Below the pieces are notes generated by a model. The model was not told where the DNA came from. It made no database searches and saw only the letters and a list, made by a program, of their open reading frames with translations. The position numbers and the translations under genes were made by a program. A stretch of 64,000 nt of DNA, taken from NCBI GenBank assembly GCA_030698495.1, contig JAUYKA010000008.1, positions 78,895 through 142,894 of the forward strand, written 5' to 3'. Shown here piece after piece: positions 38,128 through 47,529 of this stretch; positions within the stretch are counted from its first letter, which is position 1, and each line of letters opens with the position of its first letter. Origin of the DNA: a bacterium. GTDB lineage: Bacteria; Patescibacteriota; Andersenbacteria; UBA10190.

Positions 38128-39168
38128 ATGAATGAAACAATAAAGTTTAACGAAATAACCGCTTCTTTACTGGGAGTGCTGGACGCACGCTCTCAAGACA
38201 TATTAACGCGTCGTTATGGTTTGAACAGCGAGGAGAAAGAGACGCTGGAAAGCATTGGCCGCGAGTATGGCATTACCAGAGAAAGAGTGCGCCAACTGCA
38301 AACGCAGGCGAAAAAAGTGGTTATAGAGATGAAGGAAGCATATATGCCGGTTAGTGCTGTTTTTAATGAAGTATTCTCGCGCCACGGGGGTATTATGGTG
38401 GAATATTATGCCGTGAGTGTTCTTCGAGATTCAGCGCCTAGTGAAAAGCCCCGGTCAAATGTAGTATCGTTTTATTTGGACTTACTGCCTAATTTCGAGT
38501 ATGTCAGCCGTGATGCTGATTTTGTGCCTCATTGGCGGCATAATGCGTTGGTTAATGAGCGAGGAAGAGAAGCTGTGGCATGCGTTAAAGACATACTGCA
38601 AAAAGAGAAACATCCTATTGGCGAAGATGAATTGGTGCGAAAAGTCAGACAGGAAGGGTTATGGGAGGAAAGTGTCTTACCCCAAGATCATTTAATGGCG
38701 CAGTTATCGGCCAGCAAGCTTATTCGTAAAACTCCGTTTGGCGAGTGGGGTCTGGAAGATTGGCCGGAGACAAGTCCGCGCGGTGTCGGTGATAAGGCAT
38801 ACGCGGTATTGAGACGTCACGGAGAGCCGGAGCATTTTACCAGAATTTCAGAGATGATAAACGAAGCTAATTTTGATCACAAGCGCGCGAATGCCCAGAC
38901 GGTTCATAATGAATTGATTAAGGATGATCGCTTTGTCCTGGTCGGGCGCGGGTTATATGGTTTGAAAGAGTGGGGGTATGTTCCCGGTACCGTAGCCGAC
39001 GTGATCGAATCCTTACTTAAAGAAGCGGGAAAACCGTTGTCACGGGAAGAAGTTATTGACCGCGTACTGGCTCAACGACAGGTAAAAAAGAACACTATTG
39101 TGTTGGGTTTGCAAAACAGTGACAGATTTGTCCGAACCGACGACAGCCGATATACAGCGAAAGGATAG
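38128..39168 (+). CDS. DNA-binding protein: N-terminal sigma-70 region-4-like HTH + two HARE-HTH-like winged-helix domains
   Basis: LDARSQDILTRRYGLNSEEKETLESIGREYGITRERVRQLQ (sigma r4); two repeats of the pattern A..VL...G.P.HF..I...I.........TV...L..D.RFV..GRGLYGLKEW (residues about 215-270 and about 290-340). Confidence 0.5.
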   Translation: MNETIKFNEITASLLGVLDARSQDILTRRYGLNSEEKETLESIGREYGITRERVRQLQTQAKKVVIEMKEAYMPVSAVFNEVFSRHGGIMVEYYAVSVLRDSAPSEKPRSNVVSFYLDLLPNFEYVSRDADFVPHWRHNALVNERGREAVACVKDILQKEKHPIGEDELVRKVRQEGLWEESVLPQDHLMAQLSASKLIRKTPFGEWGLEDWPETSPRGVGDKAYAVLRRHGEPEHFTRISEMINEANFDHKRANAQTVHNELIKDDRFVLVGRGLYGLKEWGYVPGTVADVIESLLKEAGKPLSREEVIDRVLAQRQVKKNTIVLGLQNSDRFVRTDDSRYTAKG

Positions 39169-39224
39169 ACATTAGTAAATAGCAAGAGACGACCAACAGA
39201 CTGCAGACTAACGGCTGCAGTCTG

Positions 39225-40517
39225 TTGTATAATACCGACATGATATTCCTTTGGACCGCATTGGCACAATTGGGCGGTGTTATTGTCGCCTGGGGATGGC
39301 TGCTATTTTTGTTTTTGGCTTTATGGGTAGCCTGGGAGACTTATTTGTTTATCAAGCACGTTGATTATACTAATGCAATTAAGTGGACCTTTCTGGAAAT
39401 AACGGTGCCGGAGGATACACCGCAGACACCGAAGGCGATGGAGAATGCTTTTGATGTGTGGGGCGGTATTCATAAAGATCCGGATTTGATTGAAAAATAT
39501 TTTGAGGGATATTTTCTGGCTTGGTATTCCTGCGAGATTCAGTGCAAGCGAGATCAAGTACGTTATATTCTGGTGGTACCGACAGTGCACGCCAAATTTT
39601 TTGAAGGAGTAGTTTACGGACAATACTCGGCGGCACATGTTACGGAAGTAGAAGATTACACGCAGGAATATTCTTTTCGCGATTTGGAAAAAAAATATGA
39701 TTTATATGGCACGGAGATTGTGCTGGTTAAAGACGATTACTATCCGATTCGAACTTACCGCGAATACGAAGACACTTTTGCGGAAGATGATAAGTACGTT
39801 GATCCGCATCAGGCCCTAATTGAGGCGTACACGAATATTGGTGAAGGAGAGCAGTTTTGGGTACAAGTGCTGGTTAAGCCGGTGGCGGGGGATGACATAC
39901 AGAAGTGGGCGGATAAGGGGCAGGATAAAATTGCGGAAATTTCCGGGCAAAAGAAAGAAGTGCCGGAAGGAATTTGGGCGCAATTAAGTGGTTTACTGAC
40001 TAAGCTGCCGGGAGAGATCCTGGGGGCGTTCGTTAACGGTCCGACAACCCCGGAGGATAAGAAGAAAGAAGCGCTGGAACTGCGTTTTCATAATCCGGCG
40101 CAAGACGCGGAAATGAAGGGGATACTGCTAAAGGTATCGCATTCGGCATATAAGACTAAGCTCCGGTTGATTTACATTGCGCCAGTGGGAAAGCTGGATA
40201 AACCCAGTATTTCTAAAGCAATCGGCGTGTTTAAACAGTTTAATACTTTTCATCTTAATTCTTTAAAGCCGGATCCGGCGACGAAAACTAACGGGCCGAA
40301 TTATGTGCTGAAACAATCGCGCCGACACTTCCGTAAAAAATCGGTGCTGCTGAACTATCAATGGCGAGATTTTTGGGGAGATGAGAGCGGACAAATGTTG
40401 GTGGCGGAAGAGTTGGCGACGTTGTATCATTTGCCGGTTAAGTACCTAAAGTCGCCGGTCGTACGTCATTCTCCTTCCGGCTTAGGCAGCCCGCCGGATA
40501 ATTTACCTTACGTCTAA
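39225..40517 (+). CDS. membrane protein (2 N-terminal TM helices + large soluble domain), partner of downstream TraD/VirD4-like ATPase
   Basis: 430 aa; MIFLWTALAQLGGVIVAWGWLLFLFLALWVAW TM hairpin; 10-nt gap to ATPase gene. Confidence 0.4.
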   Translation: MYNTDMIFLWTALAQLGGVIVAWGWLLFLFLALWVAWETYLFIKHVDYTNAIKWTFLEITVPEDTPQTPKAMENAFDVWGGIHKDPDLIEKYFEGYFLAWYSCEIQCKRDQVRYILVVPTVHAKFFEGVVYGQYSAAHVTEVEDYTQEYSFRDLEKKYDLYGTEIVLVKDDYYPIRTYREYEDTFAEDDKYVDPHQALIEAYTNIGEGEQFWVQVLVKPVAGDDIQKWADKGQDKIAEISGQKKEVPEGIWAQLSGLLTKLPGEILGAFVNGPTTPEDKKKEALELRFHNPAQDAEMKGILLKVSHSAYKTKLRLIYIAPVGKLDKPSISKAIGVFKQFNTFHLNSLKPDPATKTNGPNYVLKQSRRHFRKKSVLLNYQWRDFWGDESGQMLVAEELATLYHLPVKYLKSPVVRHSPSGLGSPPDNLPYV

Positions 40518-40527
40518 CGGTTCTTTT

Positions 40528-42267
40528 ATGCCCGAAGACAGTGAAAATGAAATAAACATTTTAGGCCAGACTAATTTTCGCGGTCAGCACCGGCAGTTTG
40601 GCATTTATCCCGATGATAGGCGCCGACATGTTTACGTGGTTGGGAAAACGGGAGTGGGCAAGTCCACCCTGTTGGAAAACATGATTGCGCAGGACATTAT
40701 TCATAACAAGGGGGTTTGTCTGGTTGATCCGCACGGGGATACGGTGGAACGTCTGCTTAACGCGGTGCCGCCGAGCCGGATTAACGACGTGGTGTATTTT
40801 GATCCGTCCGATGTGGATTGGCCGGTGGCATTTAATGTACTGGAGGCAGTAGATCCGGCTTATAAATATCTGGTGGCGTCGGGGCTAGTCAGCTCGTTGA
40901 AGAAAATGTGGGCGGATTCCTGGGGGCCGCGGCTGGAGTATATTTTGCGCAATACGATTTTAGCGTTACTGGATTATCCTTCCAGCACAATTTTGGGTAT
41001 TCTGCGCATGCTTTCCGATAAGACTTACCGCAAAAAAGTGGTTGATAAAATTTCCGATCCGGTAGTGAAGAGTTTTTGGACAAATGAATTCGCCAATTAT
41101 AACGAGCGCTTCCGCACGGAAGCTATTTCGCCTATTCAGAACAAAGTGGGTCAGTTGTTAAGCTCGGCGATTATCAGAAATATCGTGGCGCAACCCAAGA
41201 GCACTATTGATATGAAGGATATCATGGACAATGGCAAGATTTTACTGGTCAATATGTCAAAAGGAAAAATCGGTGAGGATAATTCCGGTTTGCTGGGAGC
41301 AATGATTATTAATCGGATTCAGCTGGCGGCCATGGACAGAGCCAGCATCCCCGAAGAAGAAAGGCGAGACTTTTACCTGTACGTGGATGAGTTCCAAAAC
41401 TTTGCCACGGAGTCTTTCGCGGATATTTTATCGGAAGCCAGAAAATACCGGCTGAATTTGACGGTGGCGCATCAATATATCGCGCAGATGGAAGAAGAAG
41501 TGACTGATGCCGTTTTCGGCAACGTCGGGACGATTGTCGCCTTTCGTGTAGGCGCGGCCGATGCTGAGTATTTAGAACAAGAATTCGCGCCAGTGTTTAC
41601 CCAAACCGATTTGGTTAACCTGGATAAATATAACGCTTATTTAAAATTAATGATAAACGGCATTAGCAGTAAGCCTTTTAGTATGCAGGCACTGCCGCCG
41701 GTGATGGAAAACTTCGGCAAAGGAGAAGTGGTAAGAATGGTGTCGCGCGAGCGTTTTGGCCATAAAAGGGAGATCGTGGAGGATAAGATCAGGCGCTGGA
41801 GCGGTATAGTACTGGGTGAGGCCGGAGAAGAACAAAGTGCACCGCAATATTCACCGCGATCATACAGCGGCGGCGAAAGAAGACCGGGACGCGGCCGACA
41901 AACGTCGACAGAAAGGCATGAGGCTAGGCAAGCGCCAGCGCAAATTAACAAGGAACAGTTGGCAGATGTGGTGCTGCCTATTTCGGCTAAACCAATTACG
42001 GATTTGGCGGCGGTGTTATCGCAGGGGCCGAACACAAGCAGTTCGACGCGAAGAGGCAGCGCGCGCGGTTTTGAAGTGATATGTCGCCGATGCGGCAAGA
42101 AGACCGAGGTGCCTTTTGATCCTGATCCGGCCAAGCCGGTTTATTGTAAGGAATGTTTCCAAATCGTAAGGCAAGAAAAAGCGGGGGAACGAGAGCGGAA
42201 AGTAAATACGGTTGACGCCAGGGTATCTAAACGATTTAGCGGTCCGCAACCGCCGGCATTGCCATGA
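40528..42267 (+). CDS. TraD/TraG/VirD4-like (type IV coupling-protein-like) P-loop ATPase with disordered basic linker and C-terminal CxxC...CxxC zinc ribbon
   Basis: VVGKTGVGKSTLLENMIAQDI ... LVDPHGD (Walker A + TrwB-like block); FYLYVDEFQNFAT (Walker B); RKYRLNLTVAHQYIAQM (TraG-D_C-like); C-term CRRCGKKTEVPFDPDPAKPVYCKEC. Confidence 0.55.
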   Translation: MPEDSENEINILGQTNFRGQHRQFGIYPDDRRRHVYVVGKTGVGKSTLLENMIAQDIIHNKGVCLVDPHGDTVERLLNAVPPSRINDVVYFDPSDVDWPVAFNVLEAVDPAYKYLVASGLVSSLKKMWADSWGPRLEYILRNTILALLDYPSSTILGILRMLSDKTYRKKVVDKISDPVVKSFWTNEFANYNERFRTEAISPIQNKVGQLLSSAIIRNIVAQPKSTIDMKDIMDNGKILLVNMSKGKIGEDNSGLLGAMIINRIQLAAMDRASIPEEERRDFYLYVDEFQNFATESFADILSEARKYRLNLTVAHQYIAQMEEEVTDAVFGNVGTIVAFRVGAADAEYLEQEFAPVFTQTDLVNLDKYNAYLKLMINGISSKPFSMQALPPVMENFGKGEVVRMVSRERFGHKREIVEDKIRRWSGIVLGEAGEEQSAPQYSPRSYSGGERRPGRGRQTSTERHEARQAPAQINKEQLADVVLPISAKPITDLAAVLSQGPNTSSSTRRGSARGFEVICRRCGKKTEVPFDPDPAKPVYCKECFQIVRQEKAGERERKVNTVDARVSKRFSGPQPPALP

Positions 42268-42338
42268 TTTTGGTATTGTGTATGTAGTATACTGTATTTG
42301 GTTTTTGGCAATACGCACGTTGTGTTATAATTATTTGA

Positions 42339-43025
42339 ATGAGGACAAGTAATCCTAACGAAAAATTGGTAGTTGATAAGCCGTTTGATTTTGCGGAGGA
42401 CGCTAATTGGCGAATTTTTCGTATAATGGCGGAGTTCATCGAGGGGTTTGAGTTCTTGGCGCCGTTACGCAAGGAAGTGACTTTTTTTGGATCAGCAAGG
42501 CTCAAAGAAGATTCGTATTGGTACAAACAAGCGCAACGGCTTGGTTATTTATTGGGTAAGAATGGTTTTACGGTAGTTACCGGTGGGGGGCCGGGGATAA
42601 TGGAAGCGGGTAACCGGGGCGCTTACGAAGCGGACGGACAGTCTATTGGGCTAGATATTGAACTGCCGACAGAACAAAGGCGCAATCCTTACATACGCAA
42701 AGGAATAGGTTTCCATTATTTCTTTACCAGAAAAGTAATGCTGTCGGCTTCAGCGCAAGCTTATGTGTTTTTTCCGGGAGGATTCGGTACGTTGGATGAG
42801 TTTTTCGAAATGGTGACGCTGCAGCAGACAAAGAAGATGGAGAACGTGCCAATTGTTTGCGTGGGACATGATTTTTGGGAGGGGTTAGATGACTGGGTGA
42901 AGAAAAATTTGGTTGAGAAATATAAAACGATTAATAGTGATGACAGCTCAATATATACGGTGGTAGATTCGGCAGAAGAAGCATTTGCTATTATCAAAGA
43001 CACAAAGGAGCGGAAGTATTTCTGA
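42339..43025 (+). CDS. LOG-family (TIGR00730) Rossmann-fold nucleotide-binding protein / cytokinin riboside 5'-monophosphate phosphoribohydrolase-like
   Basis: VTGGGPGIMEAGNRGA and PGGFGTLDE motifs. Confidence 0.8.
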   Translation: MRTSNPNEKLVVDKPFDFAEDANWRIFRIMAEFIEGFEFLAPLRKEVTFFGSARLKEDSYWYKQAQRLGYLLGKNGFTVVTGGGPGIMEAGNRGAYEADGQSIGLDIELPTEQRRNPYIRKGIGFHYFFTRKVMLSASAQAYVFFPGGFGTLDEFFEMVTLQQTKKMENVPIVCVGHDFWEGLDDWVKKNLVEKYKTINSDDSSIYTVVDSAEEAFAIIKDTKERKYF

Positions 43026-43121
43026 TCAGCGAGATAAGATATATAAGCCAGATAAGTCAATAAGCTGATAAGTTCTTATCTTGCTGATTTAGCTTATCTT
43101 GCTTATCTTACTGATATACAT

Positions 43122-44993
43122 ATGAGTGCAAGAATATCTAGCAACGACCTACGAACAAAATATCTGGATTTTTTTGCTAGTAAAGGGCATAAGGTAATTG
43201 CCTCGGCGCCGCTAGTGCCGGAAAATGATCCGACGACTTTGTTCACCGGTTCGGGTATGCAGCCGATGGTGCCGTATTTATTGGGACAAAGACACCCTTT
43301 GGGTAATCGGATAGTTGACGTGCAAAAATGTTTTCGGGCGGTTGATATCGATGAAATTGGCGATAATCGCCATACTTCTTTTTTCGAAATGTTAGGCAAT
43401 TGGTCTCTGGGTGATTATTTCAAAAAAGAACAAATTCCTTGGGTGCTGGAATTTTTAACGGAGGTATTGGGTTTAAATGCCAATCAGTTATACGTCACAG
43501 TTTTTCGCGGACGAGAAGATTTGAATATTCCCCGGGATGAGGTCAGTGCCGATATTTGGCGCGATGTTTTTCAGAAGAAGAGAATAGACGCTAAGGTGGT
43601 AGATTGGCCGGAAAAAGACGGGTTGCAAGGAGGGCGTATATTTTATTATGACGAAACAAAGAATTGGTGGAGCCGGTCGGGCGCACCAGCTGATATGCCG
43701 GTTAATGAGCTGGGCGGACCGGATAGCGAAATTTTTTGGGATTTTGGCGAAAATTTAGGTTTGCACGAAAAGTCGCCGTGGAAAGATAAGCCGTGTCATG
43801 TTAATTGTGATTGCGGTCGGTTTTTGGAGATTGGCAACAGTGTGTTTATGGAGTTTATTAAAACGGATAAAGGGTTCGCCGGCTTACCGCAAAAGAATAT
43901 AGATTTTGGCGGCGGTCTGGAAAGAGTGGCGGCGGCGTTAAATGATAATCCTGATATTTTTAAAATTGATTTGTTTGCCGATATCATTGCCTATGTTCAG
44001 GAGAAGAGTGGAGAAATATACGGACAAGATATTGAGTTGACAAATGCTTTTCGGGTAATTGCCGATCATGCGCGCGCAGTGACATTTTTAATTGCCGACG
44101 GGGCGGTGCCGGCTAATAAAGATCAGGGTTATTTTACACGCCGCTTGATCAGGCGAGCGGTTAGGTTTGGTTATACCCTTGGTTTGGAGGATCGTTTTCT
44201 GGCTGATATTGCCCGGATTATTAGCCGACAATACGAGAACGTATATCCGGCCATAGAGAAAAATATTGATGTTATTGCCGCCGAGATTACAAACGAAGAA
44301 AATAAATTTCGCAAAACATTAAAGTCAGGGCTGGAAAAGATCGAACAGTATTTGCAAAATACGGATAATATTAACGGGAAGCAGGCGTTTGAAATGTATG
44401 CCACTTTCGGGTTTCCGATAGAGATGTTGGTGGAAGAAGCGGTGGAGCGAGGATGCCAGGTTGATATTGACGGGTTTAAAAAAGAACTGAACAAACACAG
44501 GGATTTATCACGGACGGCCAGCGCGGGTAAATTCAAGGGCGGCTTGGCTGATCATGGCGAGATGACAGTAAAATATCATACGGCAACACATTTATTGCAC
44601 CAATCTTTGCGAACGGTACTCGGAGATCAGGTTGAGCAAAGAGGAAGCAATATCACGGCCGAGCGTTTGCGTTTTGATTTTTCTTATCCTAATAAGTTGA
44701 ACAACGATCAGTTGGCCGGGGTAGAGACTTTGGTAAACGAGAAAATTCAAGACGATTTGCCCGTTCAAAAAGAGGAGGTGACGGTAGCGGAAGCAAAAGA
44801 AGCGGGGGCGATCGGGTTGTTCGCGGCTAAATACGGAGAGAAGGTGAGTGTTTATTCAATCGGAGATTTTTCCCGGGAAATTTGTGGGGGACCGCACGTA
44901 GAGCGCACGGGGATGTTGGGACGTTTTAAGGTTATAAAGGAAGAGTCTGCCGGGGCGGGGGTACGACGGATAAAGGCAGTGCTAAAAAACTAA
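43122..44993 (+). CDS. alaS: alanine--tRNA ligase, short form (catalytic + editing domains, no C-Ala domain)
   Basis: N-terminus DLRTKYLDFFASKGHKVIASAPLVPENDPTTLFTGSGMQ; editing HTATHLLHQSLR and CGGPHVERTGMLG motifs; ends right after editing domain at 623 aa. Confidence 0.85.
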   Translation: MSARISSNDLRTKYLDFFASKGHKVIASAPLVPENDPTTLFTGSGMQPMVPYLLGQRHPLGNRIVDVQKCFRAVDIDEIGDNRHTSFFEMLGNWSLGDYFKKEQIPWVLEFLTEVLGLNANQLYVTVFRGREDLNIPRDEVSADIWRDVFQKKRIDAKVVDWPEKDGLQGGRIFYYDETKNWWSRSGAPADMPVNELGGPDSEIFWDFGENLGLHEKSPWKDKPCHVNCDCGRFLEIGNSVFMEFIKTDKGFAGLPQKNIDFGGGLERVAAALNDNPDIFKIDLFADIIAYVQEKSGEIYGQDIELTNAFRVIADHARAVTFLIADGAVPANKDQGYFTRRLIRRAVRFGYTLGLEDRFLADIARIISRQYENVYPAIEKNIDVIAAEITNEENKFRKTLKSGLEKIEQYLQNTDNINGKQAFEMYATFGFPIEMLVEEAVERGCQVDIDGFKKELNKHRDLSRTASAGKFKGGLADHGEMTVKYHTATHLLHQSLRTVLGDQVEQRGSNITAERLRFDFSYPNKLNNDQLAGVETLVNEKIQDDLPVQKEEVTVAEAKEAGAIGLFAAKYGEKVSVYSIGDFSREICGGPHVERTGMLGRFKVIKEESAGAGVRRIKAVLKN

Positions 44994-45129
44994 AAACGTA
45001 AAGCGTAAAACTCAAAACAACAACGAAAAAGTAAAAATATTCAGTGGCCGATATATGGAGTTTTTAGTGGTTATTTTAGTTTGAAGTTTTTCGTTTTAAG
45101 TTTAAGTGATTTGTCTATATACTTAGGTT

Positions 45130-46479
45130 ATGCGAGATATACGACCACAGGGGCCGCGACGGCGGCCAAACAGAATGATACCGCCCCCAGCGGGCGAAGC
45201 TATGTTTGCGGTGCCAAAGGCTAAATTGCCGGGCGCGAGAGTACCGATCGCCAATGTGCAGGTGCCCAAGCCGTCTATTAGTCGTCCGTCGATACCGGGC
45301 GGCGGCGGACCGGGCCAACTGCGCTCCAGTGGAAAGATAAGGTTGGGCCAGAGAGAGAAAACGGTGGTGGCCGTAATTGTCGGTTTGGCTATTATAGCCA
45401 GCTTGATTGGTGTTATTATTTTTTTGCCAACAGCCAGAATAGAGCTGTCGCTAAAAACGGCGCCGCTTTTAGTTGACGAGAAGATGATAATTAAGGCGCA
45501 GGCTGATAGTCAGTCTAACGAGGTTCCCGGAACGGCTTTTTTTAGAGAAGTAACGGTTGACGGTTCGAGCCCGGTGCAAAGTACGGAAGTAATAGGAAGT
45601 AAAGCGGCCGGGGAAGTATATTTAGTAAACAGAAGTTTCGACGAACAGAAGATTAAGGAGAACAGCAGGCTGGTAACCAAGGACGATCAATTATTTTACA
45701 TGAAGCAGGCAGTGACTATTCCGGCCGCTACCAGCGGCGGTCTGGCGCGCGTGCCGGTAACAGTAGAGGCGGCAGAGGCCGGGGAGGCGGGCAATATCGA
45801 AGCGCAGCGGTTGGATTTCGCGGCTCTGCCGGAGGCGGCACAAGCGCTGGTTTATGCCGAGGCAGATAAGCCGCTGGATGGCGGGAGAGGTGACGAGGTT
45901 AAAGTTATTAAAGATGCCGACCTGGAAGCGGCTAAGAAAACCGCGGGACAGCAAGCACGGGATCAGGTGGAGCAGGAAATCCGCGATCAACTACCCAAAG
46001 GATGGACAATAATGGAAGAAAGCTGGACAGTGGATCTGGAATCTTTTGATACGGAAGCAAAAACCGATAGCCGACAGGAGACCGTGTCATATCAGGCAAG
46101 AGCGGCGGTACATGTGTTTGGTTATGAAGGGGCCAAGTTAGAGAATAAATTAAAGGATGCCTTGACAGCACGCTTGGATGAACAATATATGCTGTTCCCG
46201 GGGCCAATTTCTTACACGAAAAGCGTAGAGAACATTGACTGGGAAGTTGGTGAGGCTGATATATCAGCACGCGTGACGCACACTACCGTCCCCAAAATAT
46301 CACTGGATGTTTTGCGGGAAAAGCTAGCCGGCCGATCAAAAAGTGAAACGAAACAATACCTAGAGGGATTAACGGGGGTGCAGTCGGCGCAGATTGATTT
46401 GTGGCCGTTTTGGGTGAATGTCGTGCCGAGAATAGCCAATCGAATCAATATCGATTTACAGCCAGATAGGCAACCGTAG
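45130..46479 (+). CDS. hypothetical bitopic membrane protein with Pro/Arg/Gly-rich N-terminal tail and large extracytoplasmic domain
   Basis: 449 aa; single TM (VVAVIVGLAIIASLIGVIIFL) after basic/Pro-rich segment; no recognised domain. Confidence 0.4.
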   Translation: MRDIRPQGPRRRPNRMIPPPAGEAMFAVPKAKLPGARVPIANVQVPKPSISRPSIPGGGGPGQLRSSGKIRLGQREKTVVAVIVGLAIIASLIGVIIFLPTARIELSLKTAPLLVDEKMIIKAQADSQSNEVPGTAFFREVTVDGSSPVQSTEVIGSKAAGEVYLVNRSFDEQKIKENSRLVTKDDQLFYMKQAVTIPAATSGGLARVPVTVEAAEAGEAGNIEAQRLDFAALPEAAQALVYAEADKPLDGGRGDEVKVIKDADLEAAKKTAGQQARDQVEQEIRDQLPKGWTIMEESWTVDLESFDTEAKTDSRQETVSYQARAAVHVFGYEGAKLENKLKDALTARLDEQYMLFPGPISYTKSVENIDWEVGEADISARVTHTTVPKISLDVLREKLAGRSKSETKQYLEGLTGVQSAQIDLWPFWVNVVPRIANRINIDLQPDRQP

Positions 46480-46490
46480 GGCGAAATTAA

Positions 46491-46551
46491 CTCCCGTGCC
46501 CAGCCGTCGCTAAAGCTATGGCCGGCACGGCGCGCACTAAGGCTGTTGGCC
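46491..46551. repeat. GC-rich palindromic element (family member 3, short copy)
   Basis: CTCCCGTGCCCAGCCGTCGCTAAAGCTATGGCCGGCACGG aligns to 26682-26726 (CTCCCGGCGACACCAGCCGTCGCTCACGAGCTATGGCCGGCAAGG). Confidence 0.55.
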
Positions 46552-46738
46552 TAAAAATTTGGGCAATTCGCATTCTTAAAAGAGGAGGTGAAACGAGGGA
46601 GGGATTGACAGGAAACGGGGGGTATATTATACATAAATAAGCGTGCATGGCTAGATCTCGGGAATGCAGATGCTCGGTTTTTTTAGGTATATCCCGTTCT
46701 ATCGCGCAGGCGCGCGGTTTATTTTTTATCTAGTATTT

Positions 46739-46957
46739 TTGTCAAAACAAGATTACGTGGAGATAGAGGGGGAAGTGTTGGAGAATCTTCCTAATACCCA
46801 GTTTAGGGTTAAGTTGGATTCGGGACAGGAAATAATTGCCCATTTAAGCGGGAAAATGCGGGTGCATCGGATTAGAGTTTTGCCCGGAGATAGGGTAAAA
46901 GTGGCGATGTCTCCTTATGATTTAAGCAAAGGCCGCATTGTTCTAAGAATGGAATAA
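46739..46957 (+). CDS. infA: translation initiation factor IF-1
   Basis: [69 protein letters not shown] is near-identical in pattern to bacterial IF-1; proposed TTG start at 46739 (the track ORF from 46664 adds 25 non-homologous residues). Confidence 0.8.
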   Translation: MSKQDYVEIEGEVLENLPNTQFRVKLDSGQEIIAHLSGKMRVHRIRVLPGDRVKVAMSPYDLSKGRIVLRME

Positions 46958-46972
46958 TCTAATAAAACAGTA

Positions 46973-47086
46973 ATGAAGGTAAGAGCATCCGTTAAAAAAA
47001 TATGTGCTAAGTGCAAAGTTATTCGCCGTAAGGGGCGGGTGAGGGTTATTTGTGAAAACCCAAAACATAAACAGCGGCAAGGATAG
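46973..47086 (+). CDS. rpmJ: 50S ribosomal protein L36
   Basis: [37 protein letters not shown] (37 aa) - classic L36; below ORF-track length cutoff. Confidence 0.85.
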   Translation: MKVRASVKKICAKCKVIRRKGRVRVICENPKHKQRQG

Positions 47087-47133
47087 AAGATCAATTTTCA
47101 ATTATCAATTTCCAATTTCCAAACATTAAGAAT

Positions 47134-47526
47134 ATGCCAATACGTATCAGCGGAATAAATTTACCAGATCAAAAGAGAGTGGTGATAGGCTTGACCAGTG
47201 TTTATGGTATTGGACGGCCTTTAAGCGCCAGGATTTTAAAGTTGTTGGGAATTGACGAGAATACAAAAACTAAGGAGTTAACAGCTGGCGAAGAACAAAA
47301 ATTGCGTGAGTATATTGAGCGCAATGTAAAGGTGGAAGGCGAATTAAGGCGCGAAGTGAGTATGAATATCCGTCGTTTAAAGGATGTGGGCAGCTACCGA
47401 GGCAGCCGACATATCAAAAAATTACCGGTGCACGGGCAACGCACAAAAAGTAATTCACGTACTGTCCGAGGGAATGTGCGGCGTACAGCGGGCAGCGGAC
47501 GAAAATCAGCTAGCGAGAAAACATAA
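47134..47526 (+). CDS. rpsM: 30S ribosomal protein S13
   Basis: RISGINLPDQKRVVIGLTSVYGIGRPLSARILKLLGID - S13 N-terminus. Confidence 0.9.
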   Translation: MPIRISGINLPDQKRVVIGLTSVYGIGRPLSARILKLLGIDENTKTKELTAGEEQKLREYIERNVKVEGELRREVSMNIRRLKDVGSYRGSRHIKKLPVHGQRTKSNSRTVRGNVRRTAGSGRKSASEKT

Positions 47527-47529
47527 TCT

